Source: Octopus vulgaris (taxonomy: Eukaryota). Taken from it: 64,000 bases of DNA. The notes under the pieces are model-generated. The model did not search any database, was not told the origin of the DNA, and saw only the letters and a program-made list of their open reading frames with translations. Of this stretch, positions 12,559 to 26,541 are shown one piece after another. Location of the stretch: assembly GCA_951406725.2 (NCBI GenBank), contig OX597831.1, positions 37,944,001 to 38,008,000 of the forward strand. Reading direction: 5' to 3'. Position numbers and translations under genes: made by a program. Numbering within the stretch: position 1 is the first letter of the stretch; each line of letters begins with the position of its first letter.

Positions 12559-14228
12559 TTATAAATGTTTATATATGTGTATGAATAAATGCAGTAATGT
12601 CTGTATGTGTCTGTATATATGTATATACATGTGTGCGCTTACGTATGAATGAGAAAGCGATACTTTGCGTATACTTCATTGATAATGGAAATAACTCAAT
12701 ACTATCGGATTTGTACACTGCTGAAATACAACGGAATTCTATACTACGGAATTCGTTATTAAGGCCTTAAAAATTCAGTTCCGCATAATAAATTTTGACT
12801 GAAAAATATCGTGTGTTGTAAACCATATCTTAAAATGAAAATGAGAAAGAGACGTAACTGAGTGCATTTTATCAGTAGTGACTATTAATCTATGTATAAA
12901 TGAAGCTAACGTTTGTACCAAAGTACTGCTTAGATTATCGAAATATCTAAATTACACATTCTATACATTAGCTTGAAATATATTGACGATATAAGTATTG
13001 TTTAAAAACTAATAGGTCCAATGCAGTGAGCGGCATGTATAACAATTGAGGTTATTGTATTGGGATGTCTTATTGTTCTTGTGTATGTAGGATGAGATTC
13101 ATTTTAGTGACATTAGGTAAAGGGGTTATTTTGCGAATTGATGTCCTATCTCTCAGCTGCGTATCAATTACGATAGTGTATTTAACATTTGCCTTAAATA
13201 TTTCTTCTATTTTATGAAGAAAAGAATAAATTTATCTTTACAAATGTAGTGATAGGAAAATTGCGAACTTGCATATTTTATTGTGTTTTTGAATGCATAT
13301 GTATGAGAATTGTATTTAAATTTAAAATTATTCCAAGATGTTCTATTATCTATGTAGTGATAGTATATATCATTAGATTATCAGTTTGAGTCTAAAAACC
13401 GTATTCATAGATATTGAAAAGAAATAGTAGTTTATGAGTTCATGCGTAGTATATTTGCTTTGTAGAAATTTGAAGTATAATTATATCAAAATCAAATACT
13501 TTCTTAAACGTGTATTGGTATGTATGCTCTTATATGGAAAGTACTTTTAATATATGGCTTCTAGAGTGGATACTGGGAATTTTACGTGGGTGAGGTGTAA
13601 GATATCTTACTCTTCCAGTCTCTTGTACAATTTACGTAGCGTAATTTCAATGACGTTTGTCATTTCATTTCAAAATCATTTCACTTCTAACCAGCTGCAC
13701 CTTTACAACTTTGGAAATCATTATTGTCGAATCATTCAGTTGCGGATATTTGAGAATTTGTAAGAGATAAATGAGGTATTAAGTTGTTAATTGTATTTCT
13801 AGGATGGTTAGATCGCTTATGGCGGTACTTAATGAAGACATAAATTTTGGGTATGGTCAAGATAGAGAAAGTAGAATAAACATACCAGAGGGAATTACTG
13901 AACAATCTAAGAAGGTGTCAGTATTACATCAGTGATCAAATGCTTCCAATGTCGCGGATTGCTTAAATACCATCTTTAATAAATTATCTGCAGAGTTTGT
14001 GCAATCTGGCATGCGAGAGACGATCTCTGCAACAAAGACACAGACTTAAGCCAATATTTCGACTTTAAATATATCCACCCATCTCACACTAAGACGAAAT
14101 CCCATTTAATATGAAAAAATTTATAAGCTTGATATTTTCAGACACAAATAGACGTGGAGAATGGTTAGAAGAACAAGATATGTTCCGTCACAAACAAAAT
14201 AATAAAAATAGAACATACAATCCTAACC

Positions 14229-14600
14229 GGGCGTGGCTGTGTGGTAAGAGGTTTAATTCCGGGTTCAATCCCACTTCAGTCCCACTGAAAGCCACTTTGG
14301 GCAAGTGCTTCTATCACAGAGTCCCGCCGATTAGAGCCTTGTGATTGGATATGGTAGACTGAAACTGAGAGAAGCCTGGCGTATATGGATATGTGTATTT
14401 TTTGTATTTGTGGCTGTGTTTGACCCCTGCCGTCGCTTGACAATCGATATTCGTGTGTTTAAGTCCCCGGAACGTAGTGATTCGGCAAAAGAGACTGATA
14501 GAATAAGTACTAGTCTTACAAGTATAAGTCATTCGGTCAATTTGTTGGACTTGAGGTTGTGCTTCAACACAACCGCAGTCAAATGACTGAGATAAGTAAC
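14229..14600 (+). mobile_element. SINE family B copy
   Basis: GGCGTGGCTGTGTGGTAAG head, TTGGGCAAGTG core, CGGCAAAAGAGACTGATAGAATAAGTAC and CAGTCAAATGACTGA tail. Confidence 0.8.
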
Positions 14601-14699
14601 AGAAACCCCAAAGTCTTACATTCAACCAAACGATACCTTCCAGTTCTACATCAGTCACGGGAGTTACCGATAAAGAATTAAAGAATCACAATCGACCAA

Positions 14700-15050
14700 C
14701 AGCGGAAAACATACAACAAGTCTGAAAATGCCCCCAACAAAGGGGAGATTCACATCGAAGAAAGAAATAATGCAGGTAACGAACCGAGGAGATCCTTTTT
14801 GTGGGACGTGTGAAATATGCGGACAAATAACAACGCAAAACTTCAAGAATGAAGGGGAAATTTTCATGAAAACAAACCTAAATTTTAAAAGAAAAAAAAT
14901 CTCATCATTTGTATCCCAAAATTCCCATCATTTGTATCTCAATATTATGAGAAATACAACGGGGAAACCGGATCAAGATAAACCAGCTGTGCAAGAGTGC
15001 ACAAACATGAAATGAAAAGGTTCATCTTCTACAAAATGTTCCCTGCAGTC
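14700..15050 (+). mobile_element. Possible decayed Penelope-like GIY-YIG endonuclease fragment
   Basis: RGDPFCGTC..., then in another frame KYNGETGSR*TSCARVHKHEM, resembling C...C.TC...YIGETG..L..R..VH of PLE endonucleases. Confidence 0.4.
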
Positions 15051-15399
15051 AATATTTAAGGATTTGGGAAAATAGAAAATTCAAAATATTTCTTAGTTTC
15101 TTTTACATTTTTTAAAGACAAAAAATTATCAACTACGGAAAGAAAGTGAATACTATAATAAGAATTCTAAATACAAAACTAAACCGGAAATAGTTAACAA
15201 CATTGCTAAAAACACATTCTTTATAGGGAATAGAGGAACAGATGGGCTTGAAAAGTTAGACAACAAAAACGCTTACACAAAATACGAAGTATTCTTTATA
15301 AAAGTTTCGTGAGATTTTGTTTTTCCAAAAGTATTTTTAAATATTTCATAACTTTGCTGAACAACTTTCCTAAAATATTTGGCGTGTATCAAGTATTTG

Positions 15400-15400
<1 letters not shown>

Positions 15401-15487
<87 letters not shown>

Positions 15488-15538
15488 AAGAGAGAGACAG
15501 AGAGATAGAGAGAGATAGAGAGATAGATAGATAGATAA

Positions 15539-15601
<63 letters not shown>

Positions 15602-15625
15602 AAGAGAGAAAACGAGAGCGAGTGA
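15401..15625. repeat. Compound microsatellite (CA)n-(TA)n-(GA)n-(GATA)n; a further (GA)n tract at 15868-15957
   Basis: Direct reading. Confidence 0.95.
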
Positions 15626-15891
15626 GTGAGATTTCTGTTTAACAAGACCTGAAATTGGTGGAGAAGAGGCTGTCGATGAGGATGGTGGAAAGGCAAATTC
15701 GACATTCGTGAGATCTGCATGTATGTATGTATTTATGTATATATATAGTCAATCCAAACATGAGCAAGCAAGAAAAAACAACAACGCGAGGACTTGGAAT
15801 AAGTACAGTGTTATTGGACGCTCAGGAGAAGAAAGAAAAGAAAGCGGATTTCACGTTTCGAGCGGAGTGAGAGAGAGAGAGATAGATAGAG

Positions 15892-15961
<70 letters not shown>

Positions 15962-16919
15962 GGGTGATTTAGACAGGTCGACAGAAAGACAAATTGACAG
16001 TCAGAACTGAAGAAATTGATATTCATATACATATACACATACTGATATAGATAATATATTTTCTATTTCAAGAAGCAAAATTGGTGTTGCATTATTTAAT
16101 ATAACTCAATGACATATCGTAACAAAATGCAGTGACTGAACTTGGAGAATCACTGGTCATAGGAGATTGTGACGGGTAACTGAGAAAAATACATTATTTG
16201 TCTCACTTCTGTCAAATCGAACTACAAAATATTAATAAATATCAAATATCAATTTTAAATGTATCAATGGAATTTTGACCTTACCATTTATCTTCAAAAG
16301 TAAAAGAATCATACGGATTGCTGTAGAAGAACATGATAAGACATACGTAAACAGTCTCTAGTACAAAAATGGCAAAGTTCGGTACATAATGCAATCACTT
16401 AAAAAAATAATGGAAAGCAGGAAATTTTCATCTGAAAACAGATTCCGGTTCAATAGTGGAAATCAAATCATAGGGGATTATTATTTAATATAGATATTCT
16501 GAATATATATATCAAAAATAAATGGCGACCAAATGATAGGTTATCAGTGAAAGCAGCCAATGTGAAATAACTAAATTGCAGAACATCGAGATAAGTTCAG
16601 CAATTTATTGCTGGACGTACGAAAATAATTAATGCTGTATGGAAAGAACCGATTGGACGTTAAGGTTTTAAGGTTACTAAACATATATAATTAATTTATT
16701 TTGTTTTTATATATTATTGCAATTCACGAACAATAGCTACGTTGGCCCGAGGATTCGGACGGACAATTCAGTTCTTTGCTGCATATGAGAAAGTGAAAGA
16801 GGCGGCCGGGCATGGGGAGGTGGACACCTCTAACTCGATAGACTGCGTTCCAATACCACTACTTTTTCTTTCATTGCCCATATATAGATATATAACAGAA
16901 AATATGTGTTTATCTATTT

Positions 16920-17315
16920 TCTTCCAAAACATGGTTCCGAGTTCAGTCTCACAGTATAGCACCTTTGGTGAAGAGAATATTACTATAGGCGCTGAGGCGA
17001 ATAAAACTTGTGAGTAGATCTGGTAGACTGAAAGTGAAAGAAGCCCATCTTACATATCTCTATCTGTATTTGTGTCTATGTGCATATGTGTTGGGCGTTT
17101 GTGCTTATGTCTGTATATGTACATGTATATATATGTGTGTACGTCTGTTTGTTTGTGTTTGTCTCTCACCACCCTTTGACAATCGGGATTGGGTTGTAGT
17201 TAGCGGGTCGTCCAAAGATTCGATAGAATAGGAACCAGGTTGTAGTAAAAGTATTAAAAAGTATTAAGGTCCCAGCATGGCCACCGACGAATCGCTGAAA
17301 CAACCTAAAGGTAAA
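16920..17315 (+). mobile_element. Degenerate SINE family B copy
   Basis: CATGGTTCCGAGTTCAGTC, TTGTGAGTAGATCTGGTAGAC, CGATAGAATAGG, CCAGCATGGCC. Confidence 0.7.
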
Positions 17316-17382
17316 GATATATATCTTTATAGCATTAATAACTCTCTGAACGAGGTATAAACAATAGCTGCATGGCATCGTG

Positions 17383-17687
17383 AAGTATATTTGCCACCTA
17401 AATGTGGCTAACTCTTAAGAGTTAATGCTACTGTAGCTTGGACCACCAGGAAGACATCTCCGCCAGTTGGCTATTGACAAATTATCTGTACCCTATCGGT
17501 ATTTGCAAAAGAAAGTCATCGTTCCCATCTCCATCCTGATGAGATATACACAGACCCGAGTTTCTGGGTATCGACCCGTCATCAGATAGTGTGTCAAAAG
17601 CCAGCTGGAGAAGATGTCTTCCAGGGGTTCCAAGCTACAGTAGCATCAACCTTAATGGTTAGCCTCATTTAGGTGACAAATAAACTT
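17383..17687. repeat. Inverted repeat, ~105-bp arms (17383-17488 / 17583-17687), with a hammerhead-like motif in the spacer
   Basis: The arms share ATGCTACTGTAGCTTGGA..GGAAGACATCT..CCAG.TGGCT.TTGACA (~80-85% by eye). Confidence 0.85.
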
Positions 17688-17846
17688 TATAGTATTGTTT
17701 TTTGTTAATATACAAATATACAAATATTTTAAACATAAACTTGTGCAATTGCTCTAAGATCTAAATATAAACCAAATTTCTTAAGTTTTAAAACAAGAGT
17801 TGACAGTTAAATCGAAGTGTTGGCTTGCTCAACGTCATCAGACCTT

Positions 17847-17847
<1 letters not shown>

Positions 17848-17885
<38 letters not shown>

Positions 17886-17923
17886 CTGTGTGCTTTTGCA
17901 TATGTTGTACGTATGTATAAGTG

Positions 17924-17987
<64 letters not shown>

Positions 17988-17997
17988 TATACATATA

Positions 17998-18065
<68 letters not shown>

Positions 18066-18314
18066 CACACACATATATATATATGTATATACACACACAT
18101 ATATATATATTCTTATTTCGTATCTCATGATTTCGTATTTTAGGTTGTTCCCGTTTGGTGACGTCCTGTGCCCATATATGCATATATATATATATGCAAA
18201 TAAGTACTTATACGTATGTATATATGCGTGTGTGTGGATGTGTGATTTAGCATGTGTTGTATGCATATTGGTAAAAGTATATATATATATATATCTGTAC
18301 CCTATATATATACA

Positions 18315-18369
<55 letters not shown>

Positions 18370-18598
18370 GGGTGTGTGTGTGTGTGTGTATATATATGTG
18401 TATATATACATACAAACACACACGCACACATATATATATATGTATATATATATTCGTATTTCGAATCCCATGGCTTCGTTTTGTATTTTATGTTGTTCAC
18501 GTTTCGTGACGTCCTGTGCCCACATATGCATATTAATATATGTATATATATATAAGTGCGCACATATACGTATGTATATATGCATATATATATATATG

Positions 18599-18640
<42 letters not shown>
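17848..18640. repeat. Long compound TA/TG/CA microsatellite field containing two copies of an ~85-bp unit (18105-18185, 18449-18535)
   Basis: Both copies contain GTTGTTC.CGTTT.GTGACGTCCTGTGCCCA.ATATGCATAT. Confidence 0.85.
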
Positions 18641-18644
<4 letters not shown>

Positions 18645-18696
18645 GTACTTAAGTTGAGGCGCCAGAATTTAGTACGGTATTATCCATAGATTTACC

Positions 18697-18779
18697 AAAT
18701 AAGGTGATTATAATCAAAATAAGCAACAGGATATCCTCTGGATATCCTGTTCCTTACTTTCATTTTAATTGCCTTATTT
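18697..18779. repeat. 83-nt near-perfect palindrome (40-bp arms, 3-nt loop)
   Basis: AAATAAGGTGATTATAATCAAAATAAGCAACAGGATATCC tct GGATATCCTGTTCCTTACTTTCATTTTAATTGCCTTATTT, 34/40 Watson-Crick. Confidence 0.9.
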
Positions 18780-18794
18780 TAATATATATATATG

Positions 18795-18875
<81 letters not shown>

Positions 18876-19655
18876 TAATATATACATGCATACAAATTCA
18901 CACTTATGAATATTTGTATATATATACAGGTATTAGCGATTTAATTACTTGATATGTTGCCTACCGAACACGGAAATGCTTCTACTTTAATATACTTACA
19001 TGTGAATTAGCTTGAAAATAATCTTAACTTTATAAATTACTGCAGGTATTACCAAGAAAAAAAATACATATTATAATGCGTATGTTGGTCTGTATACGCC
19101 AGATTGCACCTACAGCTACTAGTATCATGTAACACAGACACCTAGACTCTCAGGGAAACTCATATTCATAGCCATCAAAATTAATGTATATACACTGATG
19201 ATGGGCCAGTTTCTGTAGTATTCGTCCTTAGAGTAAATTTCTTATGGACGTGTTCTATCACAATCACGTCATTGAAAATGTCAAAATTCATCCTGTGTTC
19301 TCTTGGGTTGCTTCTTGGTCTAATGTTTGACTCTTTCCGAAAATGTATTGTGTTTTTAACTTAAAAACACATTAAGAAATGATCTCAGAACTAGAAACGC
19401 AATAATTGACTTGTCAATGGTGTATATATGATGTGTATGCACAGGTATGTTACTAGACCACCACTGCTGATGTGTTTATTGTCTCGACGCGAAGCGGTTC
19501 AGCAAAAAGGGATAATATAATGCGTGCCAGTTTTAAAAAGAGTACTGGCCTCGATTCAATTGACTAAGAAATTCTTTAAGGACCCACCCAGTCTGATGAC
19601 TGAAACGAGTAAGTATTGCCTGTCAGAAAGATATAAATGCATGTGTGCATGCGTG

Positions 19656-19699
<44 letters not shown>

Positions 19700-19700
19700 T

Positions 19701-20071
19701 ATCTGAGGCAAGAAATTTGTTTCCCAGCCACTTAGTTCCGAGTTCAGTCCCACTGCGTGAGATCTTAGGCTGGTGTCTCGGGCCTACCAAAACCTTTTTG
19801 AGTGGCTTTCATAGACGGAAACAGAAAGAAGCCTGTCGTATATTGGTATGTATATAAATGTATTTGTCTGCGTGCATCCGGGTTAGTTAACTCGCCATCT
19901 GTTGACAACATATACCGGTATGTTAATGTTGCCGTAACTTAGCGGTTCGGCAAGATATACCAATACAATAAGTACTAGGCTTACAAAGAATATGTCCCCT
20001 GCTCGATTTCTTCTACTAAAACCTTTTAAAGCAGTCCTACAGCATGACTGAAACAAGTAAAAGAATAAAAG
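19701..20071 (+). mobile_element. SINE family B copy
   Basis: GAGTTCAGTCCCACTGCGTG, AGACGGAAAC.GAAAGAAGCC, CGTAACTTAGCGGTTCGGCAA, ACTGAAACAAGTAAAAGAATAAAAG. Confidence 0.8.
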
Positions 20072-20079
20072 GATACAGA

Positions 20080-20140
<61 letters not shown>

Positions 20141-20239
20141 TGTGTGTGTGTGTGCAAGCGTGTGTGTGTGTATACATATATGATGTATAATATAATATAT
20201 TTTATATATATATGTATATATGTACATATATATGTATGC

Positions 20240-20314
<75 letters not shown>

Positions 20315-20315
20315 A

Positions 20316-20472
20316 ACGATTGGCTTTTTTTTAGTTTCGGTCTACCGAATCCACTCACACAGCTTTGATCGGCTCGAGGCTATAGTAGAAGATATTTCCC
20401 AAGATGCCACGTATTGGGGCTCAACCTGGAACTGTTTGGTTTGTAAGCAAGCTACTTACCATGCAGCCACTC
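20316..20472 (-). mobile_element. SINE family B 5' half, inverted relative to 19701-20071
   Basis: Reverse complement of GGAGTGGCTGCATGGTAAGTAGCTTGCTTAC...CTTGGGAAATATCTTCTACTATAGCCTCG. Confidence 0.8.
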
Positions 20473-20473
20473 C

Positions 20474-20516
<43 letters not shown>

Positions 20517-22011
20517 TATATCATACTTAATATGTTGTGTGTACGTTCCGTTGACGAAATCCCGCATAAGACCAAAGCTTGGTTGTGGTATAAAGAATAC
20601 TTTATCTTATCACCATGGAAGAATGAAAAATCTTATCCCTACGGAAGAATGAAAAGAAAATATGGGATATTTATTCGAAATTGAAGAAGTTATACTGGTT
20701 CTTAACTTAAGTGTAAATCGAAAATATTGGTGCGTTGGTTAGTAAATTTTATGAACCCAGTATTTCATAATATATTTTATCATATCACGAGAAATAGAGA
20801 CAAAAATATGCCAGTGAGACTTCAACTCAAAATATCAAGTTATTGAACTTGATACTTCAAAACAGTTTGCCTGAAGCTAGATTAATTCTGATAGCAGCTA
20901 TATTACTAATGGTAAATAATGACTTTTTATCTCTGAAATAATGAACTTATATGGGGGGCTGTGATGGCAAACTAGGCTGTCCCTGGTGCTTCACTCTTTC
21001 CTTTTTAATTTTTTCGACCAGAGCGATAAAATATGAAATTTATTAAAATTGAATATTTTAAAACGTTTTTGTCTGATGCTAACGTTGTTTTGATAATAGT
21101 TGTGTTATCAATGGCAAGTAATGACATTTTAACATTAAAACAAGTAGAATATTTTAATGAAACTTTGCAGACGATTGAGCCTAATCAAATGGCCTCCAGT
21201 AGTTCACAAGTGCTTAATTTTATCAATCGTCGTAGGTAAAATTCTATGTTGACTTTGCAACATTCGAACCAGTAATATAAACTGCTGATATTTCTAAAGC
21301 ATCTTAAAAATTATGTAGCCAAGTTATTTATTAAATGGCAGTGCAGTATTTAAAATTGTTCAATGAAATTTTTTTAAAAGGAATATGACCTCTAGAAGAC
21401 TGAGTGGCCCAGCATTCAGTAGTAGACACAACGTCTGAATCGTTACGAATATTGGTTTTTCTTTCAGTACCATATCCTGAATTTGGTGTCATAAGGTACT
21501 ATCATGATCAAGCGTGTTTTACCATTGATTCAATTTGATTTACCCACTGTGAATGAAATCGTGGAGATGGAAGCTGAAACCCTGAAGAAGAAAGGCAGAT
21601 GGATTGTATCTAAATCTTACAGGAAGAGTTCCTAAATTATTTTAATCGTAGAATTCACAACAAGATACACACAATTTCTAAAAACAGGTATTAATCAAAC
21701 AAGCAAATTATAATGGTGTAAACCAACTAAAATCTAGGTACTATTCTTTTACTTATGTAAATCAAGATTATTATATAACTGCCGTGACTCTAAGTTTTTA
21801 AGGGTTCCAGTACAATACGTAATAACAAAATAGAACAGCCATTCTTAATTTCCTCATCATTAATAAGGATTTTCTTAATTGTAATTAATCCATCGATATT
21901 TATTTCATATGTAATGATGTAGTTCATTAAATTACATCCAACACCATAGCGGAAAATATTTTCCTAAATGGAGTATGACTGATAGAAAATATTAGCCCTA
22001 ACATTTGAATA

Positions 22012-22390
22012 TATCCATCCATCAATCCATCCATCTTATCCTTCTACTGTGCCTAAGAGTGCTTTCGAAGTAAACTCTTCCATTGCATCTTATAAGAAGC
22101 GACCGTCATTAGTCTTTCTGCCTGGATTCTCAAGTATAACCAATTGTTACCATGGATTACGTCCTGCCATTACCTTCTTGAGCAACTCCCAGGTTTCCTG
22201 CCGGTTGGCTCGGTTTGAAGAATCTGTCTTACGATTCTTTCAGGCAACTTTCTCCTCAAATATTTATAGAAAGAGAGCGTGTGACCTCTCTATGCGTAGA
22301 AATAGCGGTCTGACCTGGAGAGAATCTCTGATCTTCGAGCTATAATCTCTGCTGAGTAACGTTTCTCTAGACACCCTTCGGAACAATAAC
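22012..22390 (-). mobile_element. RTE-type LINE 3' fragment with (GGAT)n tail
   Basis: Minus translation RRVSRETLLSR..SSKIRDSLQVRPLFLRIERS...PERIVRQILQTEPTGRKPG...WQD, followed by a GGATGGATTGATGGATGG tail. Confidence 0.7.
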
Positions 22391-22949
22391 TGATATAAAT
22401 AAAAGTACTGACATTTCCCCTGGTAGACTGCCACGCTGTTTTACAGAACACTCTTTTAAATGTAAAGAAAGATTTACAATTTTATTACTGATTCTAACAG
22501 CGAAGACTGCTTTCAATATACTCAGCAGATAAATAAATAAAATGTGATAATTAAGATAGAGAATGGCAAACCGTCTGATGCATCACTCGTGACACAATTG
22601 GTTACTTGAAGTATTCCATTGTTAGCCATCTGACGTGTGCAATTACTCCTTCAGACTAAATATTTACAGACTGGTCTCATTGAACTGAATATTATGCTGC
22701 TTTAAAATCAATTTTAAAACAAACTGCATGTTTTAAATTTATTTACACGCAAAATGATAATGTAAAACTAATCGTTACGCAGATAAATCTATCGTTCTAT
22801 TTGAGTATCGACATACCTAATAATCTACATTCATGCATATATTTATGTATCGATTTGTTTATCTATCTCACTCTGTATGTCTAAAATTCTGACCCTCTAC
22901 GTGTCTCCTTATATAACTCGCGTTCTAACTACCTATCCGTGTAATCTAT

Positions 22950-23065
22950 GTCTCGGGTTCAGTCCCACTGGGTGGTACCTTCGGCAAGGGTCTTCTACTA
23001 GAGCCTCGGGCCGACCAAAGCCTTGTGAGTGAATTTGGTAGATGGACACTGAAAGACCGTCGTAA

Positions 23066-23129
<64 letters not shown>

Positions 23130-23258
23130 GTGTGTGTGTGCATATGTTTATGTGTTTGTGTTTGTACCCCCAACATCGCTTGACAACCGACGCTGGTGTG
23201 TTTACGTCCCCATAACTTAGCGATTCGGCAAAATAGACCGATAGAATAAGTGCAAGGC
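22950..23258 (+). mobile_element. SINE family B copy with internal TA/TG microsatellite
   Basis: GGGTTCAGTCCCACTG..GGCAAG.GTCTTCTACTA..GGGCCGACCAAAGCCTTGTGAGTG..(TA)n(TG)n..GCTTGACAACCGA. Confidence 0.85.
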
Positions 23259-23264
23259 TGGGAG

Positions 23265-24080
23265 TATACGTCTCCCAGGTTTAATGAAATCTTAATGGAT
23301 CACACCTGCACCAGAGCACCAATCAAACGTTATCAGCTTGTTTTAATGAATTTCGTTTTTGGACTTTGTTTTGGTGGCTCATTTTTGTCCAACCATTGTG
23401 CTGAATGTTTATGGTTGTGGTATTGGATCCATGTCTCATCACATGTTACAATTCGACTCAAAAATGATATATTTTTGTGACGAGAAAGTAGCACAATGCA
23501 GGCTCCCAAGCGTTGCTGTTTCTGAATGTCATTGAGTTCATGTGGGACTCATTTATGCAACTTTTTCACCATACCGATTTGAAATGAGTCAATATCATTT
23601 GCTTGCTAACACCAAACAACCTCAATAATCCACAGGTACTTTGAGATGGATCTGATTCGATGGTAGCTTTCAGTTCGTCTTTATCCACCTTTGTTTTTGG
23701 TCGACCGCGTTCTTCATTTGTGAGTTCAAATTTACAAAATCGAAATTCTGCAAACAAATTTGATACTGACTGCTGTGTAATAACATCAGAATGAAACACT
23801 TCATTAATATCTCGAGCGGTCTGTGGTGCTGTATTTCCAAGAAGGAACTCATATTGCAAAACTGTACAAATTTCAGACTTACCCATCTCTAAACAAAAAT
23901 AGCAGAGAACGATTTATAAATACTTTATAAAGCGCAAAATGAGTTGGAATAAAAACATAGATGTGACAACATTTTAACAAAAAGAATGAAGATTGTCAAA
24001 ATACAATGATGACGCAAAATGAGCAACTGTCAAAGTTTACCATATACTGTACTGTACGTTTCATATTTGACGGCCTAATA
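23265..24080 (-). mobile_element. Mariner transposon, 5' TIR plus decayed, 3'-truncated transposase
   Basis: ORF 23886-23566 MGKSEICTVLQYEF..GRPKTKVDKDELKATIESDPSQST, continuing after a frameshift with KKL.K.VPHEL..RIVTCDETWI. The terminus TATTAGGCCGTCAAATATGAAA resembles Hsmar1/cecropia-type TIRs. Confidence 0.9.
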
Positions 24081-24105
24081 TAATATGATATAATATAATA
24101 AAATA

Positions 24106-24157
<52 letters not shown>

Positions 24158-24318
24158 GGGCAGACAATAAGTTGCTTAGCCACATACCGAAAAATTAGAA
24201 ATAGCAGTCAAAGTCTGTTTATTTCTATTTTCTACAAGTAAGACTCCACATACAACATATCCATGTAGTTCAAATATGTAAAACAGAAGGAAAAAATAAC
24301 GCGAGCAAAGTCTAGGAT

Positions 24319-24426
<108 letters not shown>

Positions 24427-24545
24427 GCATATACATATACATGTGTGTATGTGTGTTTGTGCGTATATCTACGCGTGTCTAGATGTGTGTGTGTGTGCAT
24501 ACGTACATATACAAATATATATATATATATATATATTATATATTA

Positions 24546-24580
<35 letters not shown>

Positions 24581-24884
24581 CTTACATGTGTTTCAGCTAA
24601 TCGGCTGTGCTTGGGAAACCTCCTGATAGAGCTAGTATCAAAAGTCCATAACTCACTGGATTAAATTATTACCGTTAGAGTGCAAAGATTTCCCAGAGAT
24701 TTCCTCCAACATTATTCACGAGGATTTAGACATATGAACCAGATCTCCAGCATTAAGCCCTTATCTTAGCAAATGTCCTGAATATAGAAATACTATAGTA
24801 ACTTAGTTTCGGCTGATTTATGATTTTCCAATAAAGTGCAAACACTAAACTGCGATAGTACTTATGCAGATGCTTGTTTGTGTA

Positions 24885-24932
<48 letters not shown>

Positions 24933-25138
24933 CTTCTTTTTTTTTTCTAGACTTCTTAGCATCACAATATGGTAAAAAGTGTTGGAATTCCGATGGATGC
25001 AACTGGATATGAATTTTTCATCGAAGGTAGATTAATTTAAGCAAAATTTATCTGTTCAGCGAGTTTTCAATATCTTGTTGCAAACGTGTTTGGTACCACC
25101 ATCACATATACTCACATAAACAACAAAGCACACACATG

Positions 25139-25228
<90 letters not shown>

Positions 25229-25692
25229 TAAATGTACACTATTTTATATTGAGAATTCGTTGTCTGTTGACTTTTTATACATGCTAGGCCACTGGTGCTG
25301 AAATTTCTAAAAATATTCACCACCTGATATAATTTTACGAATGTGATTTCAGCTTTTCGAAGTTCGGTTCGGCATTTCTCATTTTACTGCCGATCGGAAC
25401 TGCGCTTGCGTGGTGAATTTTGATAAAAATTATAACATATAATGATGAGAGACGTGTTATTTGTCTCTAAATATATATGTTAATTGTTAAGGCAAGGATA
25501 CTGATAAGGATTCGCTTAGCAAATTATTTTATTTGCAAAAATAATCCGAAACCTAGGTATGACCGTAAATAATAACAAGGTAAAAGTTATTATTTTTCAT
25601 TCCATTAAAACTTCCTTTTAGTCGTTTTGACTGCTTCTTCTAGCGTGTAAAATTTACCTATTAAAGTTAGTTTTCTCTTGTATTTAAATGTC

Positions 25693-25742
<50 letters not shown>

Positions 25743-25853
25743 GACCACCGTGACAGACCAGGCTATCATATGTTGCTACACATCACTGATCAAAATGCGC
25801 TTCGCATTGTTTTAACCTTGAACTGACGCTACCCCGCTGGCTAAGCGAGCAGG

Positions 25854-25945
<92 letters not shown>

Positions 25946-26485
25946 CTTGTTTGTAGATTCACAAAAAAAATTATTTGACAAGTTCGAAAGACGAATGAAA
26001 GTTCTAACAATAATGACTTAATAAAAAAAGAATTATTTTCCCCAAAATTCTTGAGTTCTCCTCTTTTCTCAGTATTCAATATAAGCGGTAGGCGAGTGGA
26101 TTATTTGGACACTAGAACTTGCCTGGTACTGGAGTATATCGATCACAGCGGGATGAAAAGTGAACTTATACCCAGCGGAATTTGAAAACTGAACGTAACG
26201 TATCACAAGTAAATATTGGTATCGATTGTGTTGAAAGCCATAAAGGTTCTGCCAAGTTTCAACTATTCTGTAGATTGTGGTAGGATTATCCTTTAATTCA
26301 TGTTTTATTGTATTTACTTTTTTTCTTTATTTCCATGCTAGGGTATAGAATTGCCATTTATATACAAGTATAATCAGCTGAAATTGCAAAGATAATCTGG
26401 TACTTGACTGAGGAAAGAAAACTTCGAAGGACTCGTCCGGGTTATCTTTGTATCGTCTATCTGGATGTTTTGTTGTCCCATTTTG

Positions 26486-26541
<56 letters not shown>

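Noticed and set aside
17788-18652. Long ORFs (up to 251 aa) rich in YI/CV/HT, also at 30158-30787, 53259-53882 and 56175-56906
   Set aside because: Translations of dinucleotide microsatellites, which lack stop codons; no coding signal.
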